Below, piece after piece: positions 1-12,772 of a DNA stretch of 64,000 bases. The notes under the pieces were generated by a model that worked only from the letters and a program-made list of their open reading frames with translations, made no database searches and was not told the DNA's origin. Source of the stretch: Protoeuglena noctilucae (Eukaryota); assembly GCA_958009085.1 (NCBI GenBank), contig OY253677.1, positions 868,001-932,000 of the forward strand. The letters run 5' to 3'. Position numbers and translations under genes: made by a program. Each line of letters opens with the position of its first letter. The stretch's first letter is position 1.

Positions 1-1127
1 CCCCGTCTCTCGAGCCCGGACCTCGCCCAGCTCCCCGACCGGACCCTGACCCTCCCCGCAGACGCTCTCTCCCCAGCGCCGTCCTCGCCGACGTGCTGGC
101 ATGCCCACCGGGGGTGCTGGGGGCCCAGACCCGTGGCGGGGCTGCTTCCCCCGGACGTGTTTAGCCCCCCTACCCTAACCCATGGCCAGGCTCGCGAGGT
201 GGCCGAGGAATGCGTCGGGGGTGCGTGCGTGGGTGGTCGCGTCCCCCGCGCGCGTGCCCGCGTGCTTGCCACCCTCAGGGGCGCACCATAAGCCTCTCCC
301 TCCCTCACCCCGCAGCTGCAGGAGGCGCTGTGGCTACCGCTTGCTGACGCGCCCGCCACCGCTCCGCACTGCTGCCAGTGGCAGGCTCCACCTGACCGCG
401 TGCCCCCTCCAGCTGCGCAGGAAGGGGGAGCAGTGCATGCGTGACGACGCACACACAGTCGCTCACGCCTCCTCAGTCTCCCTTGGCAGGGCCCAGGAGG
501 TGTGGGGACCGTCCAGGCGGCCGCGCGTGGCGCTGCACCTGACCTGCCCCCCCTCGCAGCGGTGGCCCCGGGGGCGGCTGGCTGCCCCATCCGGCGGCGC
601 CGGCACCAGCTCCGGGAGAGGCCTCAACACCCGGGCCCCCACGCCCAGCTCGGCGCCGTCGAGGTCCACGACACCCCGGCCGACACGGTGCCCTCGAGGG
701 AAGTTGCGGGTACGAGCGGCCCTTTCCCGCAGGCAGGCTCTAGTCCGTGGCCTCTCCGGTTTCCTAGTCTCACGCGTGCACTCGAAGTAGATTCGATGCC
801 GATTGCGAGAGAAACACGCTCGTGCTGCAAGCTTGGTGGCTGGCGCGGCCCTGACTTGCAGCGGGGGTCGTTTTATGACGCGCCGAGAGTGGCGGAGCGC
901 AAGACAGCTATCGTATCGTGCATCGGACACCTGTCTCGGTGACTCGGCGTGACTGGGAGCGCGCAATTGGGCCTCGCATCAAAGCATGGGTGTTGACGCC
1001 CGCCGGGTCGACCCGCGCGCCCCGTCCGCGATGCCGTGTCAATGCATGAGGATATGGGCTCGCTGCTCGCGGGAAGCGACGGCCGCGGCACGCGGGACGC
1101 GCACCTGGCACGCTCGCAGCGCGATGG

Positions 1128-2236
1128 GTGCAGCTGCTCTCTGCGCCCCCTCGGGAGGGCCGTTCTACGCGGTTTCGCGGCTTTCAATTGCGATACAACG
1201 CAGGAACTCGCACGTGTACCTCGTCCGGCGTCGAGCGGGCAGTGACGTGCGTCGAGGTTGGCGGAACGAACCTCGAAGAGCCGTCTTGCGCTGGTGAGGA
1301 CGTGCAGCTCCACGGAGGCCCAGTGGCTGCTGCGTTACCACACCAATAGGGTCGTCTGACCTGGCTGACCAGCCTGAGCTGCGGCTTGAGGCGCTCCTCG
1401 ACCTTGCGATCTGCCTCGCCGCAAGTCACGACCTGCTCGTGCGTCCCCTCCCGCAGCAGTCGTCGAGGCGCAGGACACGGGTGCGGATGCGACCGCGCCC
1501 AAGTCACCAGGGCCGACCCCTCCCCTGCCGAGCTCGAGGCTCGCACGCGATGATTGCCGTCAGCCGGCGAGCCCAGGTGCAGGCGTGTCCTCCTTTGGGA
1601 GGCATTGGGAGGCCAGGTCTCTTGGTGGGACCCAATTGCGGACCACCGATGAGGCGAAACAGAGATTGACCCTGTACATCAGGCCGACCTTCGTCCCTCT
1701 GCATCGGTGGTCCGCGGCTGGGTTTCACGAATACACCTGCTCTCGCGATGGCTCTTCGTGAAAGTCAAGGCCGTTACTGGCATTGATGGCTATTGGCAGG
1801 CACGCTAAATGAGGTGGGCCCCATCGATGGGGGCAACGACGCCAAGACTCACGTCTTGGCGGCTCGTACAGCGTGGACCCCTTTCGCATTTTGCGGCGGC
1901 ACTGCCAAGGCATGCAGGGCACTGGTCGAGGAGGCTTTGGGGGCCCACGTCTGGTGCTCGTGTGTGGACGCGTACGGCTCGCCCACCATCGACAACCATA
2001 TCGTGTGCCGCAAAGGCCTCCTTCCCCAGTGCCCCGGCAGTCTTCCCCGTCTGCTCACAATAGGGGTCGAAGACTTGGTCGTTGACATTGGGAGACGCTG
2101 GAACAGGCACTTGCGGTGCCGACACTGTTGCCGCATCCAGGCTGCGGTAGCCCTGAGCAGTGCACGTGTCCTGAATGAACATAGGATAGGTGAGTGGGCT
2201 GCTGAGGAGGTAGCATGTGCGCGTGGATGGAGGTAG
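1128..2236 (+). CDS. Possible divergent multi-exon gene of unknown function (ends unresolved)
   Basis: Segments flanked by plausible splice sites join into protein-like text: ...EEPSCA|gt (1292), ag|GSSDLADQPELRLEALLDLAICLAASHDLLVRP (from ~1350), ag|ADLRPSASVVRGWVSRIHLLSRWLFVKVKAVTGIDGYW (from ~1683), ALVEEALGAHVWCSCVDAYG. No family recognised. Confidence 0.3.
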
Positions 2237-2534
2237 CGGGTGTTGAGTAACAAGGACGTCGCAACGGCTGGCGGAGGCCGCACGAGGAAGGAGATGGGGC
2301 GAGTGTCGCGTGACGGGAGGCGGCGAGGGCTGGCTGACGTATGAGGGCATGGACATGTGATACATATGGTCCGTGCCCTCCTCCTCGCTACCCTCGCCGC
2401 CTCCCCTCACCCAGCATGAGCCGCCAGAACCTTCCTCAGGTCGACCCCCCCATCCGCTGCATCGTCTTTCCACCCAACACCCACTGCCTCCATGCCTCCA
2501 TCCCGCATACATGCTACTTCCGCCAGCCTCGCCC

Positions 2535-2605
2535 CCACCCTGCTTGCTACCCCCACCACCCTGCTTGCTACCCCCACCACCTTGCTAGCTACTCTCGCCA
2601 CCCTG
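2535..2605. repeat. Degenerate ~21-bp tandem repeat (cccaccaccctgcttgctac), about 3 copies
   Basis: Read directly in the sequence, downstream of the IFT122 stop. Confidence 0.7.
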
Positions 2606-3004
2606 TTTGCTTGCCACCCTCGCCGTTTGACAATTTCTATGTCCCGATAGCATGCGCACATGCATCCTGCCCTGCAGCAGAATCTATCCCTGTGCTCTGC
2701 TGGCGAAGAGTGGGACGGATCCCCTCGCTTTCTGCTTTTCCTGAAGCGTTACACGTCCCCTGTATCTCAGCCACAGCCACTGACGACTTACACACACATT
2801 CGACTTCACATTGAATGCACGCGGCTTGACACTACTAGTTGTTCTAAAGAGCCTTCATGACCCCAACAGCCCTACACAACGACCGCCCGCAGCCCCACAC
2901 GCCGTGTCCCCCTCTCTTTCGACAGCCCCAGCCCTAGCCACCACCCCCCTGCTCCACTACCCCACCACCCCCATCACTCCACCCCCCACCACCCCACAGC
3001 TCCA

Positions 3005-6000
3005 CTACCCCACCACCCCCATGGCCGCCAGCTCCTCGTCGTCCCTCTGCTGCATCGCCGCCTGCGCCACAGCACGTACCGTAGTGCTCGGCCGATCCGG
3101 CTGCCACGACTGCACCGCACGCCACCCCTTGCCGCCCCCCACCGCCCCGCCCACTCCCCCCCCGGCCCCCATCTCAGCCGGCAGCTCCCCCTCCGCAGCC
3201 CCGCGCCACTCCGAGTCTTGGTGCACGCGGTCAATGGGGATGGACCGCCCCTTCAATGCAACGCGTGAGAAGGGGAGGTGACCTGTTTCCAAAGCCCTCA
3301 GCTCGCACTCGTCTCTTTCGAAGAAGTGCCCGCATGGTCCCACGCATAAGGGGGTGTCGGGGTCCATGGATCGGAAGTACTGGGATGGGACGCCCGGGGT
3401 GGGCCAGGTGCGGATGAGCACCTCGGAGCGGCGCAGGGCGAGCAGGACGTCGCTGCATGGGGGGGGGAGTGAGTGAGAGTGAGATAGGAGAGGAGAGGGG
3501 TGAGGGTGCGGGTGAGAGGTGTAAGGGTGTGAGGGCGAGGAGGACGTCGCTGGCGAGAGAGAGGGAAGGGGTGGGGGTGAGAGTGATAGCGGTAGTGATA
3601 GTGGTAGTGGTAGTGATAGTGGTAGTGATAGTGGTGATAGTGAGAGGTGTTAGCAGGCGCAATGAGCGGGGAAGGTTGTTAAACACACAACAGAACGGTT
3701 GAATGGCAGACGCAAACAGCAGCCGCGCTGCCCTCACGTTCATCACTCTCAACCCTCAACCTCCACCCTCACCTGCACCACTACCACCATCCCCTTACCC
3801 CTACCCTCACCCCTCACCACTACCCCCGCCCCCCAAAAACAACAAAAACAACAATCACCCCCCCCCCCACCCCACCAACCCCTCACCGGTCCACCACGAT
3901 CGGCGACCCGAGGTCCCTCTGCGACGTGAACGGGTCCAGCCGCCCCGCCACCACCTCCCGCGCATCGGCCGTCCCGTCATCCAGCCTTAGAGTGTCCGCA
4001 TCCTCCCCCCGCTCCTCCCGGCCCCCCATGTCGCCCCCCAGCGCCGCCACCCCCCCCCTCGCCCGCTCAAGCACGTTCCCCGGCGGCGGCTCCTCGTCCA
4101 GCAGCCGCAGCGCCTCTTCGTCCGACACACCCGGCGCGAGTTCGAACTCCACCAGCGGCAGGTGCTCGAACGTCAAATAGGACCGCACGAACGGCGCCGT
4201 GCAGTGGCTGCAGAAGTCCCCATGAGGGTTGAGCAGCGGGTTGACCGCCCCGCACCGATAGCAGATGGGGACCAATTCCTCAGGATCCGATAAAGGCTTG
4301 GACCGCACGTGCATGGCCAAGGCGTCCAGCCTCTCGCGCTCGGCGGGGGGCAGACGCAGCTCGTTGGTCTTATCCAGAGCGGTGCGCGCGAGCTTGTACG
4401 CCCCCAGCTCCTGCGCCGTGCGGGCCAGGCACCCCAGCACCCGCGACAGCCGCACGCCCCTCGGCGCCGGTTTGGACGCCCCAGCCGCCGCCAGTTTCAT
4501 GTACAGGTGCCGTGCAGCGTTGAAGAGGACGTCCGCGGTGACGGTGCGGAAGGGCTCGGTCTCGGCCGATGCCACCAGATTGTACAGGTAGTGCACCTCG
4601 CTCTCCCAGTAAAGGGCGCTCCACGCATCCAGCCCCCGCCTTGCTTCCGGCCCCGTCGCCACCGCCACCTCCTCCAGTCGCTCCAGACTGAGCGAGTAGA
4701 GGTAATAGGACGCGTCCCTGTGCCTCTCCTCGTCGATGGCGTTAGACGCGAGTGCGCGCAACACGGCGGCGGCCTCCCGTGGGTGTCCCGCTCTCTTGTA
4801 TGCCACGCGTGCCTCCTCGAATCGATCATTCGCCGAGAGCCAGCGGGCGTAGGGGAGGAGGACCTGGGGGGGTGTGTGGGGGGGGGGGGGGGTGGGGGTG
4901 AGTGGAGATGAGGGGAGGGGGGGGGGGTTGAGTGAAGATGAGAGGGGGAGGGGGAGTAGAGTGCGCATGTGAGAGGGGTAGCATGAGGAGTAATGACGCT
5001 ATGCGACGCCCACGCATCCCCCATTCCCCTCACCTCTTCCACCATCTCACAGAGTACCTCTCCATGACCTGGAATGCATCTCAACACATATTCACTCATC
5101 AAACTGACACACTCACCTCTACTCATAACACACACATACCCCTCACCTCTTCCTAAGCTCTAAGTACCTCTCCATCACCCACTCCCAATCCCTCACCTCT
5201 TCCTTTAACTCCGGGTACCTCTCCATGACCTGGAATGCGTCCCCCCACTGATGCATCTCCACGTGCACCAGTGCCACGCCCTTCATGTCCCCCAGCCGCA
5301 TCATGGTGTCGCGGGCGTACTGGAGCTCCTTGGCCCTGGGGGTGGGTGGGGAAAAGAGGGATATATCTGTTGATGTTTGATATACATTCGGAGTTATCAC
5401 ACACAGTGACTGGCACCCTTACAGCAGTGATCGCATCACCAGACACAACCCCCTACCTCGAACAGTGCTAAGTGCGCTCACCCCAGAGCCATCCCACAGT
5501 CTAACTACCAACGCATCCCCCTCAACCCAAACCCCCCTTCCCCAAACTTCACCTCGGGAAGTGCTTCGCACACTGCTCCAGCAGCTCCCCTTACCAACCC
5601 CACCAACCTCGATCTCACCTTACTCAGTGCTTAGCGCCCTTATTACACAACCCCAACAACCCATCTGAATTGCATTGCTGGCCGCCACCCCCCCACACAC
5701 CCCTACAACACCCCTCACCCCAAACAGTGCTTAGCGCACCCATCCCACAACACCAAACACATGACATCCCCCCCCCTCACCAACCCCCCCCCCCACCACC
5801 ATATCTCACCTCAAAAAGTGCTTGGCGCACTGCTCCAGCAGCTCCCCGTGTTTGTCCTTCTCCATCCCCTGCGATATCTTGAACAGGTCGCCCCACGCCC
5901 TCTGCCGCACCAGCAGCTGCACCGCCTTGTCGTGCTTGCCCGCCCTCACGTACATGTGTGCGGCGGCACCGAAGTCCCTCATCTGCTCCGACCAATCGGC

Positions 6001-9000
6001 CTGTTTCATGACTAGTTGCTGTGCCATGGGGTGCGCGTCCGCGTGTTTCTCCATAAATGCGTGGGCGTGGTCGAACTGTCGCAAGTCGCCAAACATCTGA
6101 AGGGCCATCTGCAGGGCGCCTGCTTCCTTGTAGGCCTCGGCGGCGCGGTCGAAGCGGCCCATGCTGGCTGGGGGGAAGAGGGTGGGGGGGTGGGGGTGTG
6201 CTTATACACGCACTAGTGAACTCACCACATCAGTCACCTCACCATCTCCCATGCATCATGCATCCGTTGTCATCTATATTATCCATATCCATACCCAAGC
6301 ACTCCGCCTTGACCACCATGGGCTTCTCCCCCTGCTTGTACATGCATCCATTCGTCGACTCACCATCTCATTTACTATATACAAATACTAAGCTCAAATA
6401 TCATGATATCATATACCCACTCACCTAAGCACTCCGCCTTGACCACCATGGGCTTCTCCCCCTGCTTGTACGCCCGCTCGGCCCTGGCCACCACCTCGAG
6501 CATCTTTGCGTCCCTCAGCCGCTGGTAGCACTTGCGGGCCAATTCCGTCTCCATTGCCAGTAAACAGCTCTCCGCCAGCCCCCGCCAGGCCAAAGGGGGC
6601 ATCCCCAGGCATGCCACCTCGTATGCCGCACCCCATTCCCCCGCCTCTGCGTGTTGCTGCACCAATGCGCTCAGTGGCAGGTCTAAGGCTTCCAAGCGAG
6701 CCTGGCGCAGGACGAAGGCGCGGGAGCCAAGGCAGCCGATGACTGGGGGGGAGAGGGGGAGGGGGGGGGGGTGGTGGTTGAGTCCGGGGGGGGGATTGGT
6801 GGGGGTGGAGTGCAGGGGTGACGAGTGGGGGTGGCAAGGGTGGTGAGTAAGGGTTGGAAAGGGTGGGATGGCAAGCATTGCGAGGTGCGCACCTATCAAA
6901 GGTAAAGCAACACACCTCCACCACCCTCACCCAATCCACAACCAACCAACCAAACATCCCCCCTCTACCCATCCCCCCCCTCGCTTCCTCACCAAATCAA
7001 CAACAAAGCACACCCCCTCTACTCATCCCCCTCCCCCCACCCCATCCCTCACCCATCCCCTGGTTGGCCACCCGCACGGGCGCCAGCCCCCCCGACCGCA
7101 CGCAGAGGTGCGTGCCCGTGGAGTAGCAAAGCATGCCGTCGCAGTCCGCGTTGAAGCAAGCGCTGCTGACCCCATTCTCCAGAAAGCTCGCGGCCCTCGT
7201 GCGGGGGTCATAGGTGGCCAGCTTCCCCTCGGCATCCACCACCGCCAGCCGCGTGCGATTGAGGGACCAGTCCAGGCACCGCACCGGCCCCCCGTGCTGC
7301 GCCAGATCCACGGGAAAGGGGTTGTTGAGGAAAACGTGCTGCACCGCGCCGGTCGCCAGTCCCAGTAGCAGCCCCTCCTGCCCCGGCTTGCCCCCGACCG
7401 CTTTGACGAACTTCACGGGGGCATCCATCACCCACTCCCGCTGCAGCTGGTCCGAGAAGGAGTAGGCCTGCAGCTTGGCGCCCTGGCACAGCACGATGTG
7501 CTGGGAGGTGACCAGCATGAGCTCGCAGTCCATGCTGCGGTCGATCTGGGGGGGTGAGGGGGGGGTGTGTTGCGATGGTGCTTGTGCAGTGGATACGTAC
7601 TAGGCACAGTGGGGGAATGAGGGGGGAGATGGATGGGAGTGTTAGTGCAGTGCAGTAAGGGCTTCCCACGTCATCCACTGACACACAACCACCCTCCTCA
7701 CCTGGGCGATCTTCTTCTGAGGTGCAAGCACCCCGCTTCAGCTACCATACATGCTATACTGTACCGATACTTAAAGCTAACTACAACGCTGTTATCCACC
7801 CCTCACATCCCCCACTCTCTCACCTGCGCGATTTTCTTCTGCGGCGCGGGCGCCCCCCCCTGCCCCCCGTCGCTCCCCAAATCGTACACCAACACCCGGT
7901 CGCCCAGCTGCACGGCCAATCGATCCCCAAACACCGACACCTTCTTGACGAAACTGCTGCACCGGATGGCCAGCCTGGCTCCCGTGGCCAAGTGCCGGAC
8001 CATGACTGTGGTCAGCCCCTCTCGGTAGGCGTAGCGCCAGCGGTGCAGGGAGTGGACCAGGCCGGCGTCCACCTCGTACACGCTCAGCTGCGGGCGATGG
8101 CAGTTGGCGAAGTAACTCATGGCCCCCACCTCCATCACTGCTGTCTGGCATACAATCTCCTGTATTATCTCATTTACATGCTCCTCTCCATTCCTCACCT
8201 GCCCCGACTTGGTCCCCACCGCCACCACTGCTGTCCATACAGTGACATGCTATCTTTTATAGTATGCCACATGCCTGTCTCTCATTCTCACCTGCCCCGA
8301 CTCGGTCCCCACCGCCACCAAACTCGGCTCCGTCTCTGGCCGCGGGGGCGACCACACCGCCGCCGCCCACACCCAAGCCGTGTCTGCCACCAAATCACTC
8401 AGCTTGCGGCCGTCCGGCGTCACCAGCGCCACTGCCTTGGTCGAGCAGGCGGTCACCAGCACCTCCCCGCCCCCCAGCGCGGCCAGGCTGTTGGGGCAGA
8501 AGGGCTGGGCGTGGTCGGCCTGCAGGGTGCCGTCGCGGGCGTACATGGAAATGGAGCGGGACCAGTCGCCGATGCTGCGGGTGGAAGGGGCGATAGGGTG
8601 TGTGGGAGGATATATGGAGATGGAGCGGGGCCAATCACGCTGTGGGTGTTAGGTCAGGGTGGTGTGGGGGTGCGGTGTCGATGGCGACAGAGGGAAGCAA
8701 AGGTACTGAAAGCGTGTAACAAGAGATGCAGTGAGGCTGGAAGACCTTGTGCACCCCTCCCCCTCCCCCCACCACCACTATCAAACCCCCCCCCCCCCCC
8801 CCCTCCCGCCCCCCCTTACCTCAGCCTTAGGTCCCCCGAGGGTCCATCCACGCTCCAGCAGAGCCCCCACACCGGCGCCTCCCTGACAATCCTCGACGTC
8901 TCCGCCCCCGCCTTGTCCCGCATCACCACGACCCCATCCAAATGCCCTGTTGCCAGAACCATGCCGTCCGGGCTCCACGCGGCAGACACCACCTTCGCGT

Positions 9001-9551
9001 GCACCTTGACCTTTTGTACCGAGCTCTGCTCCGGGTGCCAGAGGCCCAAGTCGTCGACCGCCCCCGACGCCAGCTGCTGCGTGATGGCGTTGTAAGCTAG
9101 GCACTGCACGGCGGTCGAGTGCGAGTACTTAAGCAGGCCCGTGGCCTCCTTGCTCCACACGATCACCACGCGATCCGCGCCGCCCGTCGCGAAGCGCTGC
9201 CCGTCGAAGGCGTAGGCGGTCGCGTAGACGGCGTCCTTGTGGCCCTTCATCGTGTGCATCAGGATGCCCGCGCGGACCTTGTACACGTGCACGCGCGAGC
9301 CGATGCCGGCCACGACCGTCTCCCCGTCCGGACTGCAAGGAGACGGCGGGAGAGGAGCCGGGGTGGGCGGCGGGCGGCGCCGGGAGCGCGCGTACAAGGC
9401 GCGCATGTTGGTTCGAACTAGCTGGCCTCGCGAAGGCGGTGCCGCGGGGCCGGGCGCGACCGCCCGCTCGCCTGAAGCTCATCGAGTAACACACGAGACG
9501 CACGCCATCCTTCTCCGGCGGCACGTCGGACCACAGGTGCGACGCCCGCAT
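3005..9551 (-). CDS. IFT122: Intraflagellar transport protein 122 (IFT-A, WD40 + TPR-like), about 10 exons
   Basis: Spliced translation MRASHLWSD...FSPDGETVVAGIGSRVHVY...GHKDAVYATAYAFDGQRFATGGADRVVIVW, RYAYREGLTTVMVRHL, LLPYARWLSANDRFEEAR, CYRCGAVNPLLN, FEHLPLVEFEL, CGHFFERDE. Splice phases are consistent throughout. Confidence 0.95.
3584..3642. repeat. Intronic (GTA/GTG/ATA)n microsatellite
   Basis: gtgatagcggtagtgatagtggtagtggtagtgatagtggtagtgatagtggtgatagt inside the last IFT122 intron. Confidence 0.8.
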
Positions 9552-9944
9552 CGTCCCACCAGCGCTGGGCCCCGCCGCGCGGCCCGCGGGAAGCTCCCGT
9601 CAATCAGCCGGCGGAGGGACCGTCGGTTCGCTCACGGCGATCGCGCAGCGAGAGATGCCCACAGACGCGGCCGGAGCGGCGTCGCATGGACCGCTCCTGC
9701 TCGCACGGGTCCCCGCGATCTGAGCAGGCACCGAGGGCTCCCTTGCGCGTCGCCACGGCGAGTGGATGTCAAATTGCGCGTGCAGAGCAACCCTGAGGGC
9801 CCCAAGTCGTCGTTTCCCCAGTCGAGTCAGGTGTCGGAAGGCCTGTTGCGGGGACGGGGGACATCCGGGCGACCCTGCCGCACCCGTGCGCATCGCCCCG
9901 CACTGGCATCGCCGCGAATCGCACCGCAGTGTCGAAAGGGAACC

Positions 9945-12069
9945 ATGGCGAGCACGACGGTGGTTTCGCAGGTGGGGATAAGGCGCATGCGGCCTTGCCG
10001 GGGCGTGGCGGGCTCCGATATGGCCGCCAGGACGCCTTGCGTATCTTCGAAAGTGCCACCGCCCATCGCGCCCTCTGGATTCTTTCCATCGACCCGGGCC
10101 CTCGCACCCGACGCTGTAGACCCCGCTCCCCGCGCGGGCTCGCGTGTATGCGGCCTCCCGCGCAGCCCACATCTTCATTTGGATATGCTTTGTCGCGTCG
10201 TCTCGTTTCAGATGCCTCCTTTGCCCCCACGACGACGGCCCCTGCCCTGACCCTCTTCGATATCTTGAGCCACCATAACCTGCTTTTTCCCGGCGTCTGC
10301 CGCGCCTGACGCTCGCCTGAGCATCGCACCCGGCACAATTGCTCCACCCGGCCCCGTCGGACACCGCAGGCCGGCCCCTCGCTGCGCCCGGCGACCTCCC
10401 GGCCCCGCTGCCCCTCTCCGCAGGCCGTGCGGGCGCGCGACGTCCGCGCGAGCGCCGTGTCGCAGCAGACCCGGGCGCCGAGCGCCGTGACGAGCGACGC
10501 CAAGCTCCCGCTGCTCCTGCGGGCCCTCAAGGTGGGTCGGAAACTCGCCCGTGCCCTTCGCTCCCCCGCGCTGCCTCGTCACGCACCCCGCCCGCCCTGC
10601 TGCCCGCCGCCCCGCCACCCCGCCGCCCCATCCTCCTCGACATCCCGCCACGCTACTACCGCAGGGTGACAGGGTGGAGCGGCCCCCCCGTGTGGATGAT
10701 GCGCCAGGCGGGCCGTTACCAGGTGGTGTACCAGGAGCTGTGCAAGAAACACCCGACGTTCCGCGAGCGTTCCGAGAACGCGGACCTCGCCGTGGAGATC
10801 TCCCTGCAGCCCTACCGCGCCTTCCGCCCCGACGGCGTCATCCTGTTCTCTGACATCCTAACTCCGCTCCCCGCGATGAACATCGCGTTCGACCTCCCGC
10901 CCGGCAAGGGCCCCGTCATCCTGAACCCGATCCGCACGGCTGCCCAGGTGCGCGAGGTGACGACGGGCGACGACTTCACCTTCCGCGAGACAAACCACTA
11001 CGTGGGCGAGGCCCTTACCCGGCTGCGGCAGGAGGTGGGGGACGAGGCGACGGTGCTGGGCTTTGCGGGGTGTCCCTACACTTTGGCGACCTATATCATC
11101 GAGGGCGGGTCGTCCAAGAACTTCACACACATCAAGCGGATGATGCTGGCCGAGCCCGCCACGCTCCACGCCCTGCTGGACAAGCTGGCGACCAACGTGG
11201 CGGACTACGTGCGGTACCAGGCCGACGCGGGGGCGCAGGTGGTGCAAATCTTCGACAGCTGGGCCGCGCACCTGATGCCCCAGGACTTTGACGAGTTCTG
11301 CGCTCCGTACAACAAGGTGAGGGGTGCTGGGTTGGTGTGGTGGCGGCATATGCGGTGGGGGACCATGTCGTGGGGGTGGGTGAGGGTGCTGGGAGCCCTG
11401 GAAGAGAGTGGCAGAGTTTTGATTCGTTGTTTCTTCATCAGTATCAATATCCCTTACTTTGATTGGGTTGCACTTGACACACCACCTCACCCCTCACCCC
11501 TCACCCACCCCCTCTCCCCAGCGCATCATCGACGAGGTCCGCCGCACGCACCCCGACCTCCCCATCATCCTCTACATCTCCGGCAGCGGCGGCCTGATCG
11601 AGCGCATGGCCCAGTGCGGCCCGGACGTGCTGTCGATCGACCACTCGGTGGACCTGGGGGACGCCATCCGGCGTGGGGGCAGCCGGTTCGCCTACCAGGG
11701 GAACCTCGACCCGGCCATCCTGTTCGCGGAGAAGGTGAGGGAGTATCAGGGGTGGGGTTGGTGACAGCGGTTTGGAATGCAAATGGGGCTGTGCGGTGTG
11801 TTAGCTGAGGAAGAGTGGGGATGGTGACAAGGCCATCTCATCACACCCATCTCTCTGTGTCTCTCAACTCACCAAACCAATCTCCCATTCACCCTCTTCC
11901 CCCCCCCCCTTCCCAGGACACGATCCGCGCCCGCACCCACGCCATTGCGCGCCAGGCCAGGTCGGCGGGCGTGCGCCATGTGATGAACCTGGGCCACGGG
12001 GTGCTGCCCACGACCCCCGAGGACCACGTGGGGGCGTTCTTCGAGGCGGCCAAGGAGTTCCGGTACTGA
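9945..12069 (+). CDS. UROD/hemE: Uroporphyrinogen decarboxylase, plastid-targeted (apparent 1-nt insertion at 10683-10689)
   Basis: [68 protein letters not shown]. The Ser/Arg/Ala-rich N-terminus resembles a transit peptide. Confidence 0.95.
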
Positions 12070-12772
12070 AGTGGGTAAAGGGGGACTGTCACGACATGGA
12101 TGTGGGTGGTACAGCGGTGCTGGGTGTGGGTATCGACAGGGGGGTTGGCACTGAAAAGGTGCTGAGACATGGAGGGGAGCGAAGGGGTGATGGAATGGAT
12201 ACTGATACGAAGGAGTGGGGGGTTGCTGGGATGGTGTCACTCACGCGGACGGGGTGCGGGGGAGGGATGGAATTGACGAAGCACACATGGGGTGGCATGG
12301 CAGGTGCACAGGGGTCGCTCTCAATGCTGCTTGCTCGCGAGTGCCGGTGGTGCTGAAAGACGATGCGATCGGTAGTGCGCATTCGGGTTCACCTTTGCAA
12401 GTGGGTGGGGTGGGTGTCACACGAGGGGGAGCGTGAGCATGTGCGTCATGCGGGATGTGGTTTTACTAGGCGTAGTTGTGCCCTACGATTCTGCTCTATT
12501 CCTAGCGGATTCTGTATATGGGGTCAGACGGGGGGAGATGAAGATGGGTGGCGGTGTGCTGCTGGGCCGCCCCTCTGCTGCAGTGTTGGTGTGGAGGGTG
12601 ATGCGGGTGCAGGGTGCGCGTGGTTGCACTCGAGAGGACCGCGCAGTTGAAGGGAAGAGGAGACGAGAGAGCAATAGCATAGCTAGATCAAGCGTATCCA
12701 GACGAGCACAAGACAAGCGCACGCGCACACGGAAACCTGAGTCCGCTTGTATCTTCCATCAACAGCACCGCT

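Noticed and set aside
170..182. Telomere-like ccctaaccc
   Set aside because: It is a single unit with no array.
1..790. Possible 3' exons of a plus-strand gene at the window start
   Set aside because: Splice-like sites are present, but I could not fix a consistent frame or family.
1184..2512. Transposon or retroelement remnant
   Set aside because: No RT, integrase or transposase motifs, and no LTR, TIR or TSD seen.
5028..5810. CRISPR-like repeat-spacer pattern
   Set aside because: The repeats are degenerate copies of IFT122 exon ends with irregular spacing in a eukaryotic gene, and there are no cas genes.
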